From: Hyalangium minutum
Lineage (GTDB): Bacteria > Myxococcota > Myxococcia > Myxococcales > Myxococcaceae
Assembly: GCF_000737315.1 (NCBI RefSeq)
Contig: NZ_JMCB01000006.1
Span: 764,001 to 1,012,000, forward strand
Length of the DNA: 248,000 nt
Direction: 5' to 3'
Shown here piece after piece: positions 184,034 to 194,152 of this stretch. Under the pieces are notes generated by a model that was given only the letters and a program-made list of their open reading frames with translations, was not told the DNA's origin and ran no database searches. The first letter of the stretch is position 1; every line of letters begins with the position of its first letter. Made by a program: the position numbers and the translations under genes.

Positions 184034-185113
184034 ATGTCATGGGCCCTTGCGCTGCTGACCTCCTCCCTCCTGGCTCAAACCCCTCCGCCCGTCACCTCCA
184101 CGGTCGAGGTCAAGCTGCCCTTCGTCTCCACCCTCCACGTCGAGAACGATGTGCTCGCCAAGAGCGACCGCTTCTACTCGAACGGCATCCGCCTGGAGCA
184201 CTCGGGTGAGTACGATCGGTGCCGCGATCTCGCGCTCGCTCTCGGCTTCCCAGGCAGCATCGAGGACCGGTACCCGTGCGGCGGCTCGCTGGCGCAGAAC
184301 ATGTACACGCCCAACCGCATCGTCCCCAATGAAGGCGAGGAGCCCTGGCCCAATCCGGATGACAGGCCCTATGGCGGATGGCTCCACGCGGGCCTCCTGT
184401 TCCAGTACCTCCATGCGGCCGAGCGGCCTGTGGACTCCTCTCGGCTCACGCTCCAGGCCACCGTCGGCGTGACCGGCCCGGCCGCCTTCGCGGGAGAGAC
184501 GCAGCGCGCATGGCACTCGGCGCTCAATCACATCTTCGGCCGCACCGTGGCCAAGCTCCCCATCGGCTGGGAGAAGCAGCTGCCCACCGAGCCTGCCTTC
184601 CACCTTTCCGTGCTGCGCGAGAAGACCCTGCTGTGGAGCCCCTATGTGGACGCCTCCTGGTCCGCGGGCGCCATGCTCGGCACGGTGTTCGTCAATGCGA
184701 GCCTCGGTGCCACCGTGCGCGCTGGTGTGCTCGCGCGGCCGTTCGGGCTCGCGCCCATCATGCCCTCCGTTCGCCGCGTGAAGCAGGCCCAGGGCGCGGC
184801 GGAAGGTCAGCCTGTGGAGGCGAGTGCGCAGCCCGAGACCCCGGAGCGCATCTGGGAGGCGTACTTCTTCGCGCGCGGACAAGCGCGGTTCGTGGCGCGC
184901 AACCTGTTCCTGGATGGGACCCTCTTCCTCCCCAGCGTCAGCGTGCGCAAGACGCCCTTCGTGGGGGACAGCGAGTTCGGTGGGGCCGTGCGCACCGGCG
185001 GCTTCCAGCTCGACCTGAGTATGGTCTTCCGCTCACAGGAGATGGCCGAGCCCCCCAATGGCCGGGTCTCCGGCCACCGCTTCACGCAGATCCAGCTCTC
185101 GTACCTGCACTGA
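184034..185113 (+). CDS. LpxR family lipid A deacylase
   Basis: ENDV..DRFYSNG, QNMYTP, DRPYGGWL. Confidence 0.85.
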   Translation: MSWALALLTSSLLAQTPPPVTSTVEVKLPFVSTLHVENDVLAKSDRFYSNGIRLEHSGEYDRCRDLALALGFPGSIEDRYPCGGSLAQNMYTPNRIVPNEGEEPWPNPDDRPYGGWLHAGLLFQYLHAAERPVDSSRLTLQATVGVTGPAAFAGETQRAWHSALNHIFGRTVAKLPIGWEKQLPTEPAFHLSVLREKTLLWSPYVDASWSAGAMLGTVFVNASLGATVRAGVLARPFGLAPIMPSVRRVKQAQGAAEGQPVEASAQPETPERIWEAYFFARGQARFVARNLFLDGTLFLPSVSVRKTPFVGDSEFGGAVRTGGFQLDLSMVFRSQEMAEPPNGRVSGHRFTQIQLSYLH

Positions 185114-185124
185114 GGCGGCTCGCC

Positions 185125-188100
185125 TCAGGAGTGCGTGAGCTGTACCGAGAGCGAGGCCTCCGGTGGGCGGTGGCTCCACGTATGGAAGGACTCGCGGAAC
185201 TCGTCCACGGTTCGCGCCATGGGGCTGCCGGCCTTGGCGGAGAGGGCCTCTGCTCCTCCATGCTCCCGGGTGGAGAGGCCGATGATGAAGGGGCCCTCGG
185301 GCCGCTCGTTTGGGAAGGGCCGAGCGAAGAGCCGCCGGTCTCCCTCCAGCCGGTACACCAGCGCCGTGAGGTGCCCGAGCACCCAGCCCGCCGCCGCCGC
185401 TCGCGCTTCGGAGGAGGGCGCTTCGATGGACACCACCAAGCGCGCCGAGGCCACTCCCGAGAAGTCCACGCGCTCGAACAGCGCCTCCCAGGACGCCTCC
185501 GTTTCCTCCGTCCGCGCCCGCTGGACGAGCTCGCGCGCCCGGGTGAGCTCCTCCCGAAGCACCTGAAGCGCCGAGCGCGAGACGTTGCGCGCCGTGTTCC
185601 TCGGCGGCAGCGCTGGCGCCACGATGGGCATCAGGTCCCGCTTCCCTTCCGGGTGATAGCGCGCCGTCTCGGGTGTCACCGTGACTGGCTGTGGCCAGCG
185701 CCAGGAGGCGAAGGTCTCGAAGAAGTGCGCGAGCAGCCGCTCGTCCGTGCTCGCCGCTTCCCGAGGCGCTCGCAGGCTGCTCCACGCCGCCATCACGGCC
185801 CATGACAGTCCGCCCAGGTAGCCCAGTGCGTGCGAGTACACCCCTCGCGCCTTGGCCCAGGCCCGCACGGCGCGTAGCACGGCGCGGAAGCGCTCGAGGC
185901 CCGCACCTTCTCGCTTCACGGCTTCGAGCAGTGCGGTCGTGTCCGCCCAGCCGTTGAGCGAGCGGAAGCCCGCTGTGTCCAGCCGCGCTCCATGTCGCTC
186001 TAGCAATTCGGGGGGAGGGCATGGCTCCACGCCCTCGGGGCGGCTCGCGTAAGACACGTCGAAGTGCACGCCACCGAGCGACAGCTTCACCATGGGAATG
186101 GCCGCGTCTGCCACGAAGCGCCCACTCGTGGTCGGGTCCTCCAGGGCCAGCGCCGAGAGGAGCGCCTGCGCGAAGTCCTCTCGTGAGAGGTGAGTGGGCC
186201 CCACTGCTACGGCATCCACGTCACTGCCCGCGCTGCCCGTCCCGAGCAGATACGAGCCATAGGGGTGGAGCTGCAGCCCGAGCCCGCTGCAGACAGCCTC
186301 GAGCCGGCTCACCGCCTCCGTGCGCTTCTGCCGCGCGTCCTCGGACTCCCACTCCCCGCGCGACACCAACACGGAGCGCAAGAGCCCCGTCTTCTCCTGA
186401 GGAGCAGGGGCTCCCTCGGCAGGGTCTGGCTTCTTCGTCGTTGGGGTTCCGGAGCCCGAGTTCGAGCCCGAACCTGGGCCTGTCCGTTTCCCCCCGCCGA
186501 GCTGCACGCGGCGCCGCACCTCGAAGGGACCCTCTCCCCTTCGGCTGATCAGGCACACCTCATGTGCTTCGAAGGTGAAGGGCTTCCAGTTCTGCTCCCA
186601 GGCCGAGAGCGTGCGCCGGATCTCCGCGGGGCTCGAGCGCGGGAGCTGCCCGACGCTCAAGTGGGGAGTGAAGCCGTTCTCCGACTTGCGGCCCTGTTCA
186701 TCGCACTGAGGAAGTGCATTCTGGAGCGAGGCCTGGAGCGCCTTGATCGCACCGTGAGGGCGATCCTCCGGGCTCAGCCACGCCGTCACGCTGCCCCGGT
186801 GCTCGAAGTGGCTGAAGCCAGAGAGCGTCACCTGGAAGGGCTCCAGCTCCCGGAGCGCCTCGGTGATGAGCGCCTCCGCCTCATCGAAGTGCTCTTCCGG
186901 AACGAACGGATAGAGCAGCGTCACGTGGGGCATCCAGCGCTCATACGTCCGGTCGTACTTGGAGCGCAGCGTCTCGATGGGGCCCCACAGCTCCTCGGGA
187001 GGAATGAGCACCACGGCCGACTGATGCACGGGCGGCACCGAGAGCACTCGGGGAGGACCTTGCAAGGGCACAGGTGCTGGACGCTCACGCGAGGAAGTCT
187101 CTCGGGCCAGCGTGCAGCTCAGCCCGAAGTGGTCCGACACGAAGAGCGGACCCCCTCCAGGCGCAGGACGGCCGGACAGGGGCTCTTCGCCAAACAGGCT
187201 CGTCTCGCGAGGCTTGAGCCGTCCGGAGGGGCTGCGGATCATCAGGTGATCGAAACGCTGACTCTGCCCCGCGGAGGTGGTCTGGGCTGCCAGCCGATTG
187301 CTCGCCGGATCGTACGTGTATCCCGGCTCTCCGGGGCGCAGCACCTTCCAGGCGTCGCTGAAGCCCGCCTCCTCGAAGGACTGCTCCTCGGGGGCGCCGT
187401 CGCCGAAGTTGAAGTCGCCCAGGATCAGCAGGTCGGGGGCTTCACTTCCTCGGGCCTCCAGGGCTTGCGCTTGGTGGAGCACCGTGCGGATCTGCGCGGC
187501 CCGCGTGGTGCTGCTGTGGGGATCCTTGTTGCTCGTGAGATGCAGCGTGGCCACCCACAGCGGCCCTCCGCGCAGCGCGATTTCTCCGGCGATGGTCCGC
187601 TTGTCGCGAGAGAAGATGGACTGCTCCAGCGAAGCGAAGGGGAAGCGGGACAGGAGCACCACCCCATACGGCGTCACCGTGGTGGCGGCCGGACCATCCG
187701 AGAGGAAGAAGTGCTCGCGAATCCACGGCGTGTCGAGCAGCGCGCGGAGGAAGGAGGGGGTGACCTCCTGCAGCGCGATGATGTCGGCGTCGATCGAGCG
187801 CAGCAGCGAGATGGCCGCAGGCGTGCGCCGGCCCGTGTCCAGCAGCTCCGGCTCGTACAAGTCGAAGAGGACATTGAACGACGCGACCGTGAGCTCGGTG
187901 AGTGCTGGCAGCGTCTCGGGGGGACTCGCCGGAGGCGGCGAGGCTTCGACCCAGGCGGAGGTCTTCGAGTCGAAGCGGTAGAACGGCATGGGGGTAAAGG
188001 GGTGCTTCTCGTGCGCGGGGGGCCGGGGCGGTGGCGGTGAGGCAGGCGCTTCGGGCTCCGGGGGGATGAGCGTGTGCAGCGTGTCGATGCGTTTGGCCCG

Positions 188101-188307
188101 GTCCCACACCACCTCGGAGCCTCGGCGGAAGTACCAGACGCGGTGCCAGGGAATCTCTCCGTCCGGAACGAAGGCCTCCAGCGGCATCTCCTCCATCTGC
188201 TCGGAGTGCGAGTCGTAGCCGATGACGAACTCGCGAGCGTCGAGCCGGGGATCCCAGCGAATGCGATGGTAGACCTCGCGGCTCGTCTTGAAGCGATCCT
188301 GAGACAT
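185125..188307 (-). CDS. Multidomain RNA-end processing protein: MJ1316/DUF504 - EEP - 2H phosphoesterase - poly(A) polymerase
   Basis: EIPWHRV; ALQEV, GDFN, SDH; PHVTL/PHLSV; YGSY..SDVD, YLGGLSW. Confidence 0.85.
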   Translation of the reverse strand: MSQDRFKTSREVYHRIRWDPRLDAREFVIGYDSHSEQMEEMPLEAFVPDGEIPWHRVWYFRRGSEVVWDRAKRIDTLHTLIPPEPEAPASPPPPRPPAHEKHPFTPMPFYRFDSKTSAWVEASPPPASPPETLPALTELTVASFNVLFDLYEPELLDTGRRTPAAISLLRSIDADIIALQEVTPSFLRALLDTPWIREHFFLSDGPAATTVTPYGVVLLSRFPFASLEQSIFSRDKRTIAGEIALRGGPLWVATLHLTSNKDPHSSTTRAAQIRTVLHQAQALEARGSEAPDLLILGDFNFGDGAPEEQSFEEAGFSDAWKVLRPGEPGYTYDPASNRLAAQTTSAGQSQRFDHLMIRSPSGRLKPRETSLFGEEPLSGRPAPGGGPLFVSDHFGLSCTLARETSSRERPAPVPLQGPPRVLSVPPVHQSAVVLIPPEELWGPIETLRSKYDRTYERWMPHVTLLYPFVPEEHFDEAEALITEALRELEPFQVTLSGFSHFEHRGSVTAWLSPEDRPHGAIKALQASLQNALPQCDEQGRKSENGFTPHLSVGQLPRSSPAEIRRTLSAWEQNWKPFTFEAHEVCLISRRGEGPFEVRRRVQLGGGKRTGPGSGSNSGSGTPTTKKPDPAEGAPAPQEKTGLLRSVLVSRGEWESEDARQKRTEAVSRLEAVCSGLGLQLHPYGSYLLGTGSAGSDVDAVAVGPTHLSREDFAQALLSALALEDPTTSGRFVADAAIPMVKLSLGGVHFDVSYASRPEGVEPCPPPELLERHGARLDTAGFRSLNGWADTTALLEAVKREGAGLERFRAVLRAVRAWAKARGVYSHALGYLGGLSWAVMAAWSSLRAPREAASTDERLLAHFFETFASWRWPQPVTVTPETARYHPEGKRDLMPIVAPALPPRNTARNVSRSALQVLREELTRARELVQRARTEETEASWEALFERVDFSGVASARLVVSIEAPSSEARAAAAGWVLGHLTALVYRLEGDRRLFARPFPNERPEGPFIIGLSTREHGGAEALSAKAGSPMARTVDEFRESFHTWSHRPPEASLSVQLTHS

Positions 188308-188758
188308 GGCGACAGCCCTCGAGAAGGAGAGGAGGACTCGGAGGGCTCTCGGTTCCAGAGCCGGCCTCAGCCGAGCGTACGCGGGAAGGCCCCCGCGCGC
188401 CGCACCTGGACGCCCCCCTCGTGAAGAGGCTGACACCCCATCATCCGGGGGACGTTGCCGCGAATCCGGTCCGTCAATCCGTCATCCCTCTTCACGCACC
188501 GTGCGGTACCCGCAGCGGATCCCAGTGACATGAAACGGCGGCGCAGGGACGAGCGAGACCTGGGTTCTCGCCGCACATCCGGTGCTGTTACCACTCAATC
188601 GCTACACCTCCGCCGCAGATCTCCAAGCCCGTTGCGCGAAACGCGGGTGCGCCAAGGTTCTCGAATCCCAGAAGTGATGAGTAGTGGCCGCCACAAATCG
188701 GGGAAGGTCAGCAAGACGGAGGAAATGGGACATGCCCCAACGACGACGCAACCAAGGA

Positions 188759-191557
188759 ATGAAGAGCCACGCGCGCTCAAGTCTGGGCGCCGCACTTCTG
188801 GGTCTGGCGGTAGGAGGAGGATGTAGCCTGACGAGCTCGGGGGACGACGCGAACACTCGCGGCTCGGCCAACCTCGATGATCGCTGCGAGGTGGTGCCGC
188901 CTTTCACGCCGAACTTCGAGCCCGAGCTTCAGTGGGCCTGGACGGGCAGCCCGGTGCTGCCTCAGTTCAACCAGGTGATGATGACGCCGGCCGTCGCCGA
189001 CGTGAACCAGGACGGCATCCCGGACATCATCTTCAGCTCGTTCGGGGACATTCCGAACGATGACTTCGACTGGCGCGAGGGTGTGCTGCGCGCCATCAGC
189101 GGCAACGACGGGCATGACCTGTGGACCGTCACGGATCCGGCCTACCGCATCAAGGCCGCCGCCAGCATCGCGGTGGGTGACATCGACAACGACGGCAAGG
189201 TGGAGATCTGCGGCATCCCGATGGATGGCCGCGGCATCATCTGCTACGAGAACGACGGCACCTTCAAGTTCCGCACGGCCCCGGACGCGTTCGACTACAA
189301 CGAGTGGGGCGGGCCCTCGCTGGCGGACCTCGACGGTGACGGCACCGTGGAGATCCTCAACGGCAACCGCGTGTACAGCAACACGGGCGCGCTGAAGTGG
189401 GTGGGCTCGGATGGCATGGGCGGTGCGCAGTACACCGGCCCGGTGTCCTTCGCTGCGGACATTGACGGTGACGGCAGCCAGGAGGTCATCAACGGCCGCT
189501 CCGTCTACCGCGCCAATGGCAGCCTGAAGTGCGCCAACACCACCATCGCCTCGGGCTTGTCGGCGGTGGGCAACTTCGACGGCGACACGAAGGGTGAGAT
189601 CGTCGTGTCGGGCCACGGCAAGGTGAGCTTGCTGGATGACGACTGCACGCTGCTGTGGACGGCGACCATCCCCGGCGGCTGCATCAACGGCTGTGGCGGC
189701 GCGCCCACGCTGGCGGACCTGGACCATGATGGGCAGCCCGAGGTGGCGGTGGTGGGCGAGAACGCGATCAGCGTCTTCGAGACCAACGGCGCCTTGAAGT
189801 GGACGAGCACCGTGCAGGACTGGAGCTCCGGCAAGTCCAGCAGCAGCGTGTTCGACTTCGAGGACGATGGGAACCTCGAGCTCGTCTACGCGGACGAGGT
189901 GTCGCTGCGCATCTACAACGGTGCCACCGGCGCCATCCGCTGGCAGACGCGCCACAGCACGGGCACCACGCACGAGAACCCGGTCATCGCGGACGTGGAC
190001 GGCGACCTGGCCGCGGACATCGTCGTGGCGGCCAATGATTTGGCCTACGCGCCCTACCACGGCATCCGCGTGTACCACGACCGGCTCGAGGGCTGGGCGC
190101 GCACGCGGGGCATCTGGAACCAGCACGCGTACTCCATCACCAACGTGAACAACGACGGCACCATCCCCGCTCACCCAGTGACTTACTGGACGCAGCCTCG
190201 GCTCAACACCTTCCACTCCAACGTGGCCAACCACTTCGGGAATGGCGAGAGCCCGTACGCCGCGCCGGACTTCGCCGTCTCGCAGGTGAGCGCCTCGTGC
190301 GATGGCTCCACGCTGAACATCGCTGGCACCATCGCCAACCAGGGCGACACCGCCGTGGCCGCCGGGCTCAAGGTGGCCTTCTATCGGGGCGCTCCCGGCT
190401 CGGGCGGCTCGCTGCTGGGTGTGACGACCGTTCCCTCTCCCATTCCCGCGGGCGGCACCGCCACTGTGACGCTGTCGGTGGGCTCGCAGCCTTCGGGTGG
190501 CTCCAACCAGGTGTTCCTCGTCGCGGATGACGACGGCACGGGCGCGGGCCGCGATACCGAGTGCGACGAGGCCAACAACAGCGCCTCGGGCAGCGTGGAC
190601 TTCTCGTGCGGCGCGCCTTCGGCCAACCAGCCGCCGGTCGCCATCTGCCGCAACGTCACCGTCAACGCGGACGCCTCGTGCCAGGGCACCGGCTCCGTGA
190701 ACAACGGCAGCTATGATCCGGACGGCCAGCCCGGTCCGTTCTCCGTGACCGAGTCCCCGTCTGGCTCCTTCGGCCTGGGCAGTCACCCCGTCACCGTGAC
190801 GGCCAACGATGGCGCCGCCACCGCCCAGTGCGTGGGCACCCTCACCGTGGTGGATGCCACGCCGCCAGCCGTGAGCTGCCCGGCGCCCATCGTCCTCAAC
190901 GCCTGCGGGGAGGGCGGTCCCGTGGCGAACTTCGACGTCACCGCGGCGGACAACTGCGGCGCGGCGACGGTCACCTGCTCGCACGCGTCGGGCGCCAGCT
191001 TCCCGGTGGGTACCACGACTGTCACCTGCACGGCTGCGGACGGGCAGGGCAACACGGCCTCGTGCTCGTTCCCCGTCACGGTGGGCAGCGAGGGCTCCTC
191101 CGGCACGCCCACCCCGGGCGCGGATCTGGGCACCGAGCTGTGGCCGCCCAACCACAAGTACGTGAACATCTCGCTGTCCGACTGCGCGGCTCCGGCGCAG
191201 GACTCGTGCGGTGGCGCGCTGCCAGCGGACCAGTACGGCACCATCCTCGGCGTCAGCTCGGACGAGGTGGAGGACGAGAACGGCAACGGCGACGGCCACA
191301 CCTGCGATGACATCGTCATCTCCGCGGACGGCAAGTTCGTGCAGGTCCGCGCCGAGCGTGAAGGCACCGGGGACGGCCGCGTCTACACCGTCCGCTACGC
191401 CATCACGAGCCCGTCGGGCGGCACCGCCCAGAGCACCTGCCACGTGTACGTGCCGCACGATCAGTCCGACAACCACCCGGTGGTGGACAGCGGCGTGCAC
191501 TACTGCGTCGGCCAGGGTTGCCCGGCTGGCACCAGCGGCAGCCCGCTGTGCGAATGA
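188759..191557 (+). CDS. FG-GAP/CARDB/HYR domain lipoprotein
   Basis: Lipobox GGGC, ADxDGDG repeats, WPPNHK. Confidence 0.8.
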   Translation: MKSHARSSLGAALLGLAVGGGCSLTSSGDDANTRGSANLDDRCEVVPPFTPNFEPELQWAWTGSPVLPQFNQVMMTPAVADVNQDGIPDIIFSSFGDIPNDDFDWREGVLRAISGNDGHDLWTVTDPAYRIKAAASIAVGDIDNDGKVEICGIPMDGRGIICYENDGTFKFRTAPDAFDYNEWGGPSLADLDGDGTVEILNGNRVYSNTGALKWVGSDGMGGAQYTGPVSFAADIDGDGSQEVINGRSVYRANGSLKCANTTIASGLSAVGNFDGDTKGEIVVSGHGKVSLLDDDCTLLWTATIPGGCINGCGGAPTLADLDHDGQPEVAVVGENAISVFETNGALKWTSTVQDWSSGKSSSSVFDFEDDGNLELVYADEVSLRIYNGATGAIRWQTRHSTGTTHENPVIADVDGDLAADIVVAANDLAYAPYHGIRVYHDRLEGWARTRGIWNQHAYSITNVNNDGTIPAHPVTYWTQPRLNTFHSNVANHFGNGESPYAAPDFAVSQVSASCDGSTLNIAGTIANQGDTAVAAGLKVAFYRGAPGSGGSLLGVTTVPSPIPAGGTATVTLSVGSQPSGGSNQVFLVADDDGTGAGRDTECDEANNSASGSVDFSCGAPSANQPPVAICRNVTVNADASCQGTGSVNNGSYDPDGQPGPFSVTESPSGSFGLGSHPVTVTANDGAATAQCVGTLTVVDATPPAVSCPAPIVLNACGEGGPVANFDVTAADNCGAATVTCSHASGASFPVGTTTVTCTAADGQGNTASCSFPVTVGSEGSSGTPTPGADLGTELWPPNHKYVNISLSDCAAPAQDSCGGALPADQYGTILGVSSDEVEDENGNGDGHTCDDIVISADGKFVQVRAEREGTGDGRVYTVRYAITSPSGGTAQSTCHVYVPHDQSDNHPVVDSGVHYCVGQGCPAGTSGSPLCE

Positions 191558-191589
191558 GCCGCTAAAGCCTCCTGCTTCCTGAGGTGAAC

Positions 191590-191630
191590 GAGGGTCCGGA
191601 GCCCACAGTGGCTCCGGGCCCTTCGTTTTT
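191590..191630 (+). terminator. Intrinsic terminator
   Basis: GAGGGTCCGGAGC..GCTCCGGGCCCTTC then T-run. Confidence 0.65.
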
Positions 191631-191678
191631 GCCGCGTCGCGCCCGGGGTGCACTAGCATCGGCCCATGGCAACTGGAT

Positions 191679-193631
191679 GTGGCGCCGCTGAGATACGGGA
191701 GAGGAGCGAGGACGGTGCGGCAGAGGGATGGTGACACGCCTCCAGAAGGCGCGCGGCTCCGCCTGGGGACGACTTTCTTCCGTCCAGGCCAGGGCTCCTT
191801 GCCGCCCGTGTTCTCCCCGGACGGCGAGCGGATCCTCGTGGACAACAGCGACAGCCCGCCCAGGCTCCTCATCCTCGATGCGCGGACGGGCCGGCACCTG
191901 GAGACGCTCCGCACGCTCTCGAATGAGCTGGGGCGTCTGCTCGCGATCTGCTGGACAGCCGACGGCATCCGCGTGGCCTGTCAGCTCTATGGCGGACGGC
192001 CCGCCGTCTTGGAGTACCCCCGTGCCACCGTGCGGCAGCTGGAGGCGACCGATCCCGCCTGGACCGACTACGCCGCCTTCTCCGCCGACGGAGAGCGCGT
192101 GGCCATGGTGGATGATCAGGGCGCCGTGCGTGTGTGGAACGCAGCCACCGGGCGCATGTTCGCCCGGGCGCGCCCTCTGACGGGAAGTGTCCAAGGGCCC
192201 GGCGTCCGCAAGGCCGTTGCCATGTCCGCCGATGGGCGGTGCGTGGCCTGGAGCGTCGGCGATACCCGGATCCACCTCTATGATGTGGCTGCGCGGAAGC
192301 TCCGGCCCCCGCTCATGGGGCACATGGAGTCCGTGGCGGAGCTCGCCTTCTCCCCGGATGGGGCCCGCCTGGCCTCGGGCGCGGTGATGGACGAGCCCGT
192401 CATCCGCGTCTGGGACGTGGAGCGCGGCGAGGCGGTGCTGGAGCTGCCCGCCCTGGGCTCACCCTCTTCGCCCCGGGAATTTGGCGCTCCGTGTCCCCGC
192501 TTCGGCTTCATCGGTCCGGGCGCTCGGCTGGCCTGGCTGGATGGCGACGCGCTGCGGACGCGAGACCTGGCCACGGGCGCCGCCACCTCGCTGCCCGTGG
192601 GAGAGGTGCATCCGTATGTCCCGCTCAGTGCGTCGAGGGATGGCACACGTGTGGTGGCTCGCGAGGGATATGCGCTGCGAACGTGGAACCTCGACACGGG
192701 CGAGCCGGATCCCGCCCGCGCCAGCCACTTCCAGCCCGTGAGGACCGTGGCCGTCTCTCCGGATGGGGCGCTCGCGGCGACCTCGGATGACCTCGGCAGC
192801 GTGCGCATCTGGGATCTCGCCTGGGGGCAGGACCTGGGAGAGCTTCCGCTGACCTCTGCCCAGAGCTGCGTGCGCTTCTCTCCGAACGGGCGGTGGCTCG
192901 CAGTGGGGACCGCCGAGGGACAGATCCACCTCTGGTCCCGTGGCGAGGGCCGGGTGCTCCACTCCTTCCCCGCGCATGCCGCCCGCCTCAAGGACCTGGT
193001 CTTCTCCCCGGATGGCGGGTGGCTGACGTCGTGCGCGGATCAGGGCGGGGACATCGCCGTGTGGGCCGTGCCCAGCGGCAAGCGGCGGCGACTGCTCGAG
193101 AGCGGCGCGGAGCACCTCACCGCGCTGGACTGCTCGCCTGACGGGCAGTGGCTGGTGGCGGGCGCCATGGATGGGACGATCCGCTTCTGGAGCGCGCCCG
193201 AGGGCCGCAAGGCGCACGAGGTCCGTGCGCCGGATTCCTCCGTGCACCACGTGCGCTTCTTCCCGGATGCGCGGCGGCTGCTGTCCGTGGGGCTGCTCGA
193301 CTCGGACTCCCATGACGACGGTCCCGGCCAGCCCATGCTGCAGATCTGGCACGCGGAGACGGGCCGGCTGCTCACCTCGCGCAGGGCCCGCTCGCACCTG
193401 CTGGAGGTCTCTCCCGATGGGCGTCAGCTGCTCTACGTCCCGTGGCGCAATCCCGCCCTGTGCGCGGAGGACACCATGACGGGAGAGGAGCCCCGGACGC
193501 TCGTGCTCGTGCCCGAGACGGAGAGCCAGGGCTTCTCTCCAGACCGCAATGTCTGGGTCACGGGGCACCGGGACTGCACGGCGCTCGTCTGGGACCTGGC
193601 GCGCTGGGGGTTCGCTCCCCGCCCCAAGTGA
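191679..193631 (+). CDS. WD40-repeat protein
   Basis: FSPDG / xWD repeats. Confidence 0.85.
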   Translation: MAPLRYGRGARTVRQRDGDTPPEGARLRLGTTFFRPGQGSLPPVFSPDGERILVDNSDSPPRLLILDARTGRHLETLRTLSNELGRLLAICWTADGIRVACQLYGGRPAVLEYPRATVRQLEATDPAWTDYAAFSADGERVAMVDDQGAVRVWNAATGRMFARARPLTGSVQGPGVRKAVAMSADGRCVAWSVGDTRIHLYDVAARKLRPPLMGHMESVAELAFSPDGARLASGAVMDEPVIRVWDVERGEAVLELPALGSPSSPREFGAPCPRFGFIGPGARLAWLDGDALRTRDLATGAATSLPVGEVHPYVPLSASRDGTRVVAREGYALRTWNLDTGEPDPARASHFQPVRTVAVSPDGALAATSDDLGSVRIWDLAWGQDLGELPLTSAQSCVRFSPNGRWLAVGTAEGQIHLWSRGEGRVLHSFPAHAARLKDLVFSPDGGWLTSCADQGGDIAVWAVPSGKRRRLLESGAEHLTALDCSPDGQWLVAGAMDGTIRFWSAPEGRKAHEVRAPDSSVHHVRFFPDARRLLSVGLLDSDSHDDGPGQPMLQIWHAETGRLLTSRRARSHLLEVSPDGRQLLYVPWRNPALCAEDTMTGEEPRTLVLVPETESQGFSPDRNVWVTGHRDCTALVWDLARWGFAPRPK

Positions 193632-193685
193632 AGGGGTGGCCGAAAAGGCAGCGGCCCGCTACGCTTGCTCCCAGGAGGACGCGAG

Positions 193686-194015
193686 ATGGGGTACGGATAC
193701 AAGGGACGCAGCCCCGTAGGCCGCATCTCCGGCCTGCCCCGCGTCGAGAGCGCGGACGTCGTCTCCCGCGTCCGGGCCACCGAGCGCGTCTCCGGCGCTG
193801 CCGCCATCGAGTCCCGCATGCCGCCGGAGCGCTCCTTTGCCGCGGTACTGGAGCGCCAGGGCCGAGGGCTGGTGAGCTCCGAGCCGCTGCCCTCGTCCGA
193901 GCCCGAGCGCCCGCTTCCCCCGCCCGCACGAGGAGCGGATCTTCCTGAACTTCCCGAGAGGATCCCCGACTCCTTCGTGGGGCTGCTGTGGTGGAAGATG
194001 AAGACCCGGCTGTAA
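193686..194015 (+). CDS. Hypothetical protein
   Basis: GGAGG RBS, 109 aa. Confidence 0.55.
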   Translation: MGYGYKGRSPVGRISGLPRVESADVVSRVRATERVSGAAAIESRMPPERSFAAVLERQGRGLVSSEPLPSSEPERPLPPPARGADLPELPERIPDSFVGLLWWKMKTRL

Positions 194016-194152
194016 CTTGCTCCTCGGGCCACGGGGCGATTCGGACCCTCGAAGAGTAGGCCTTTCTGCGACCGCAGACACTCGGGTAGAAGATCGACGG
194101 TTCTGCGCTGGCTCCCCTTCGGCGCGAGCGTTCCTTCCACCTCGAGGCATGT

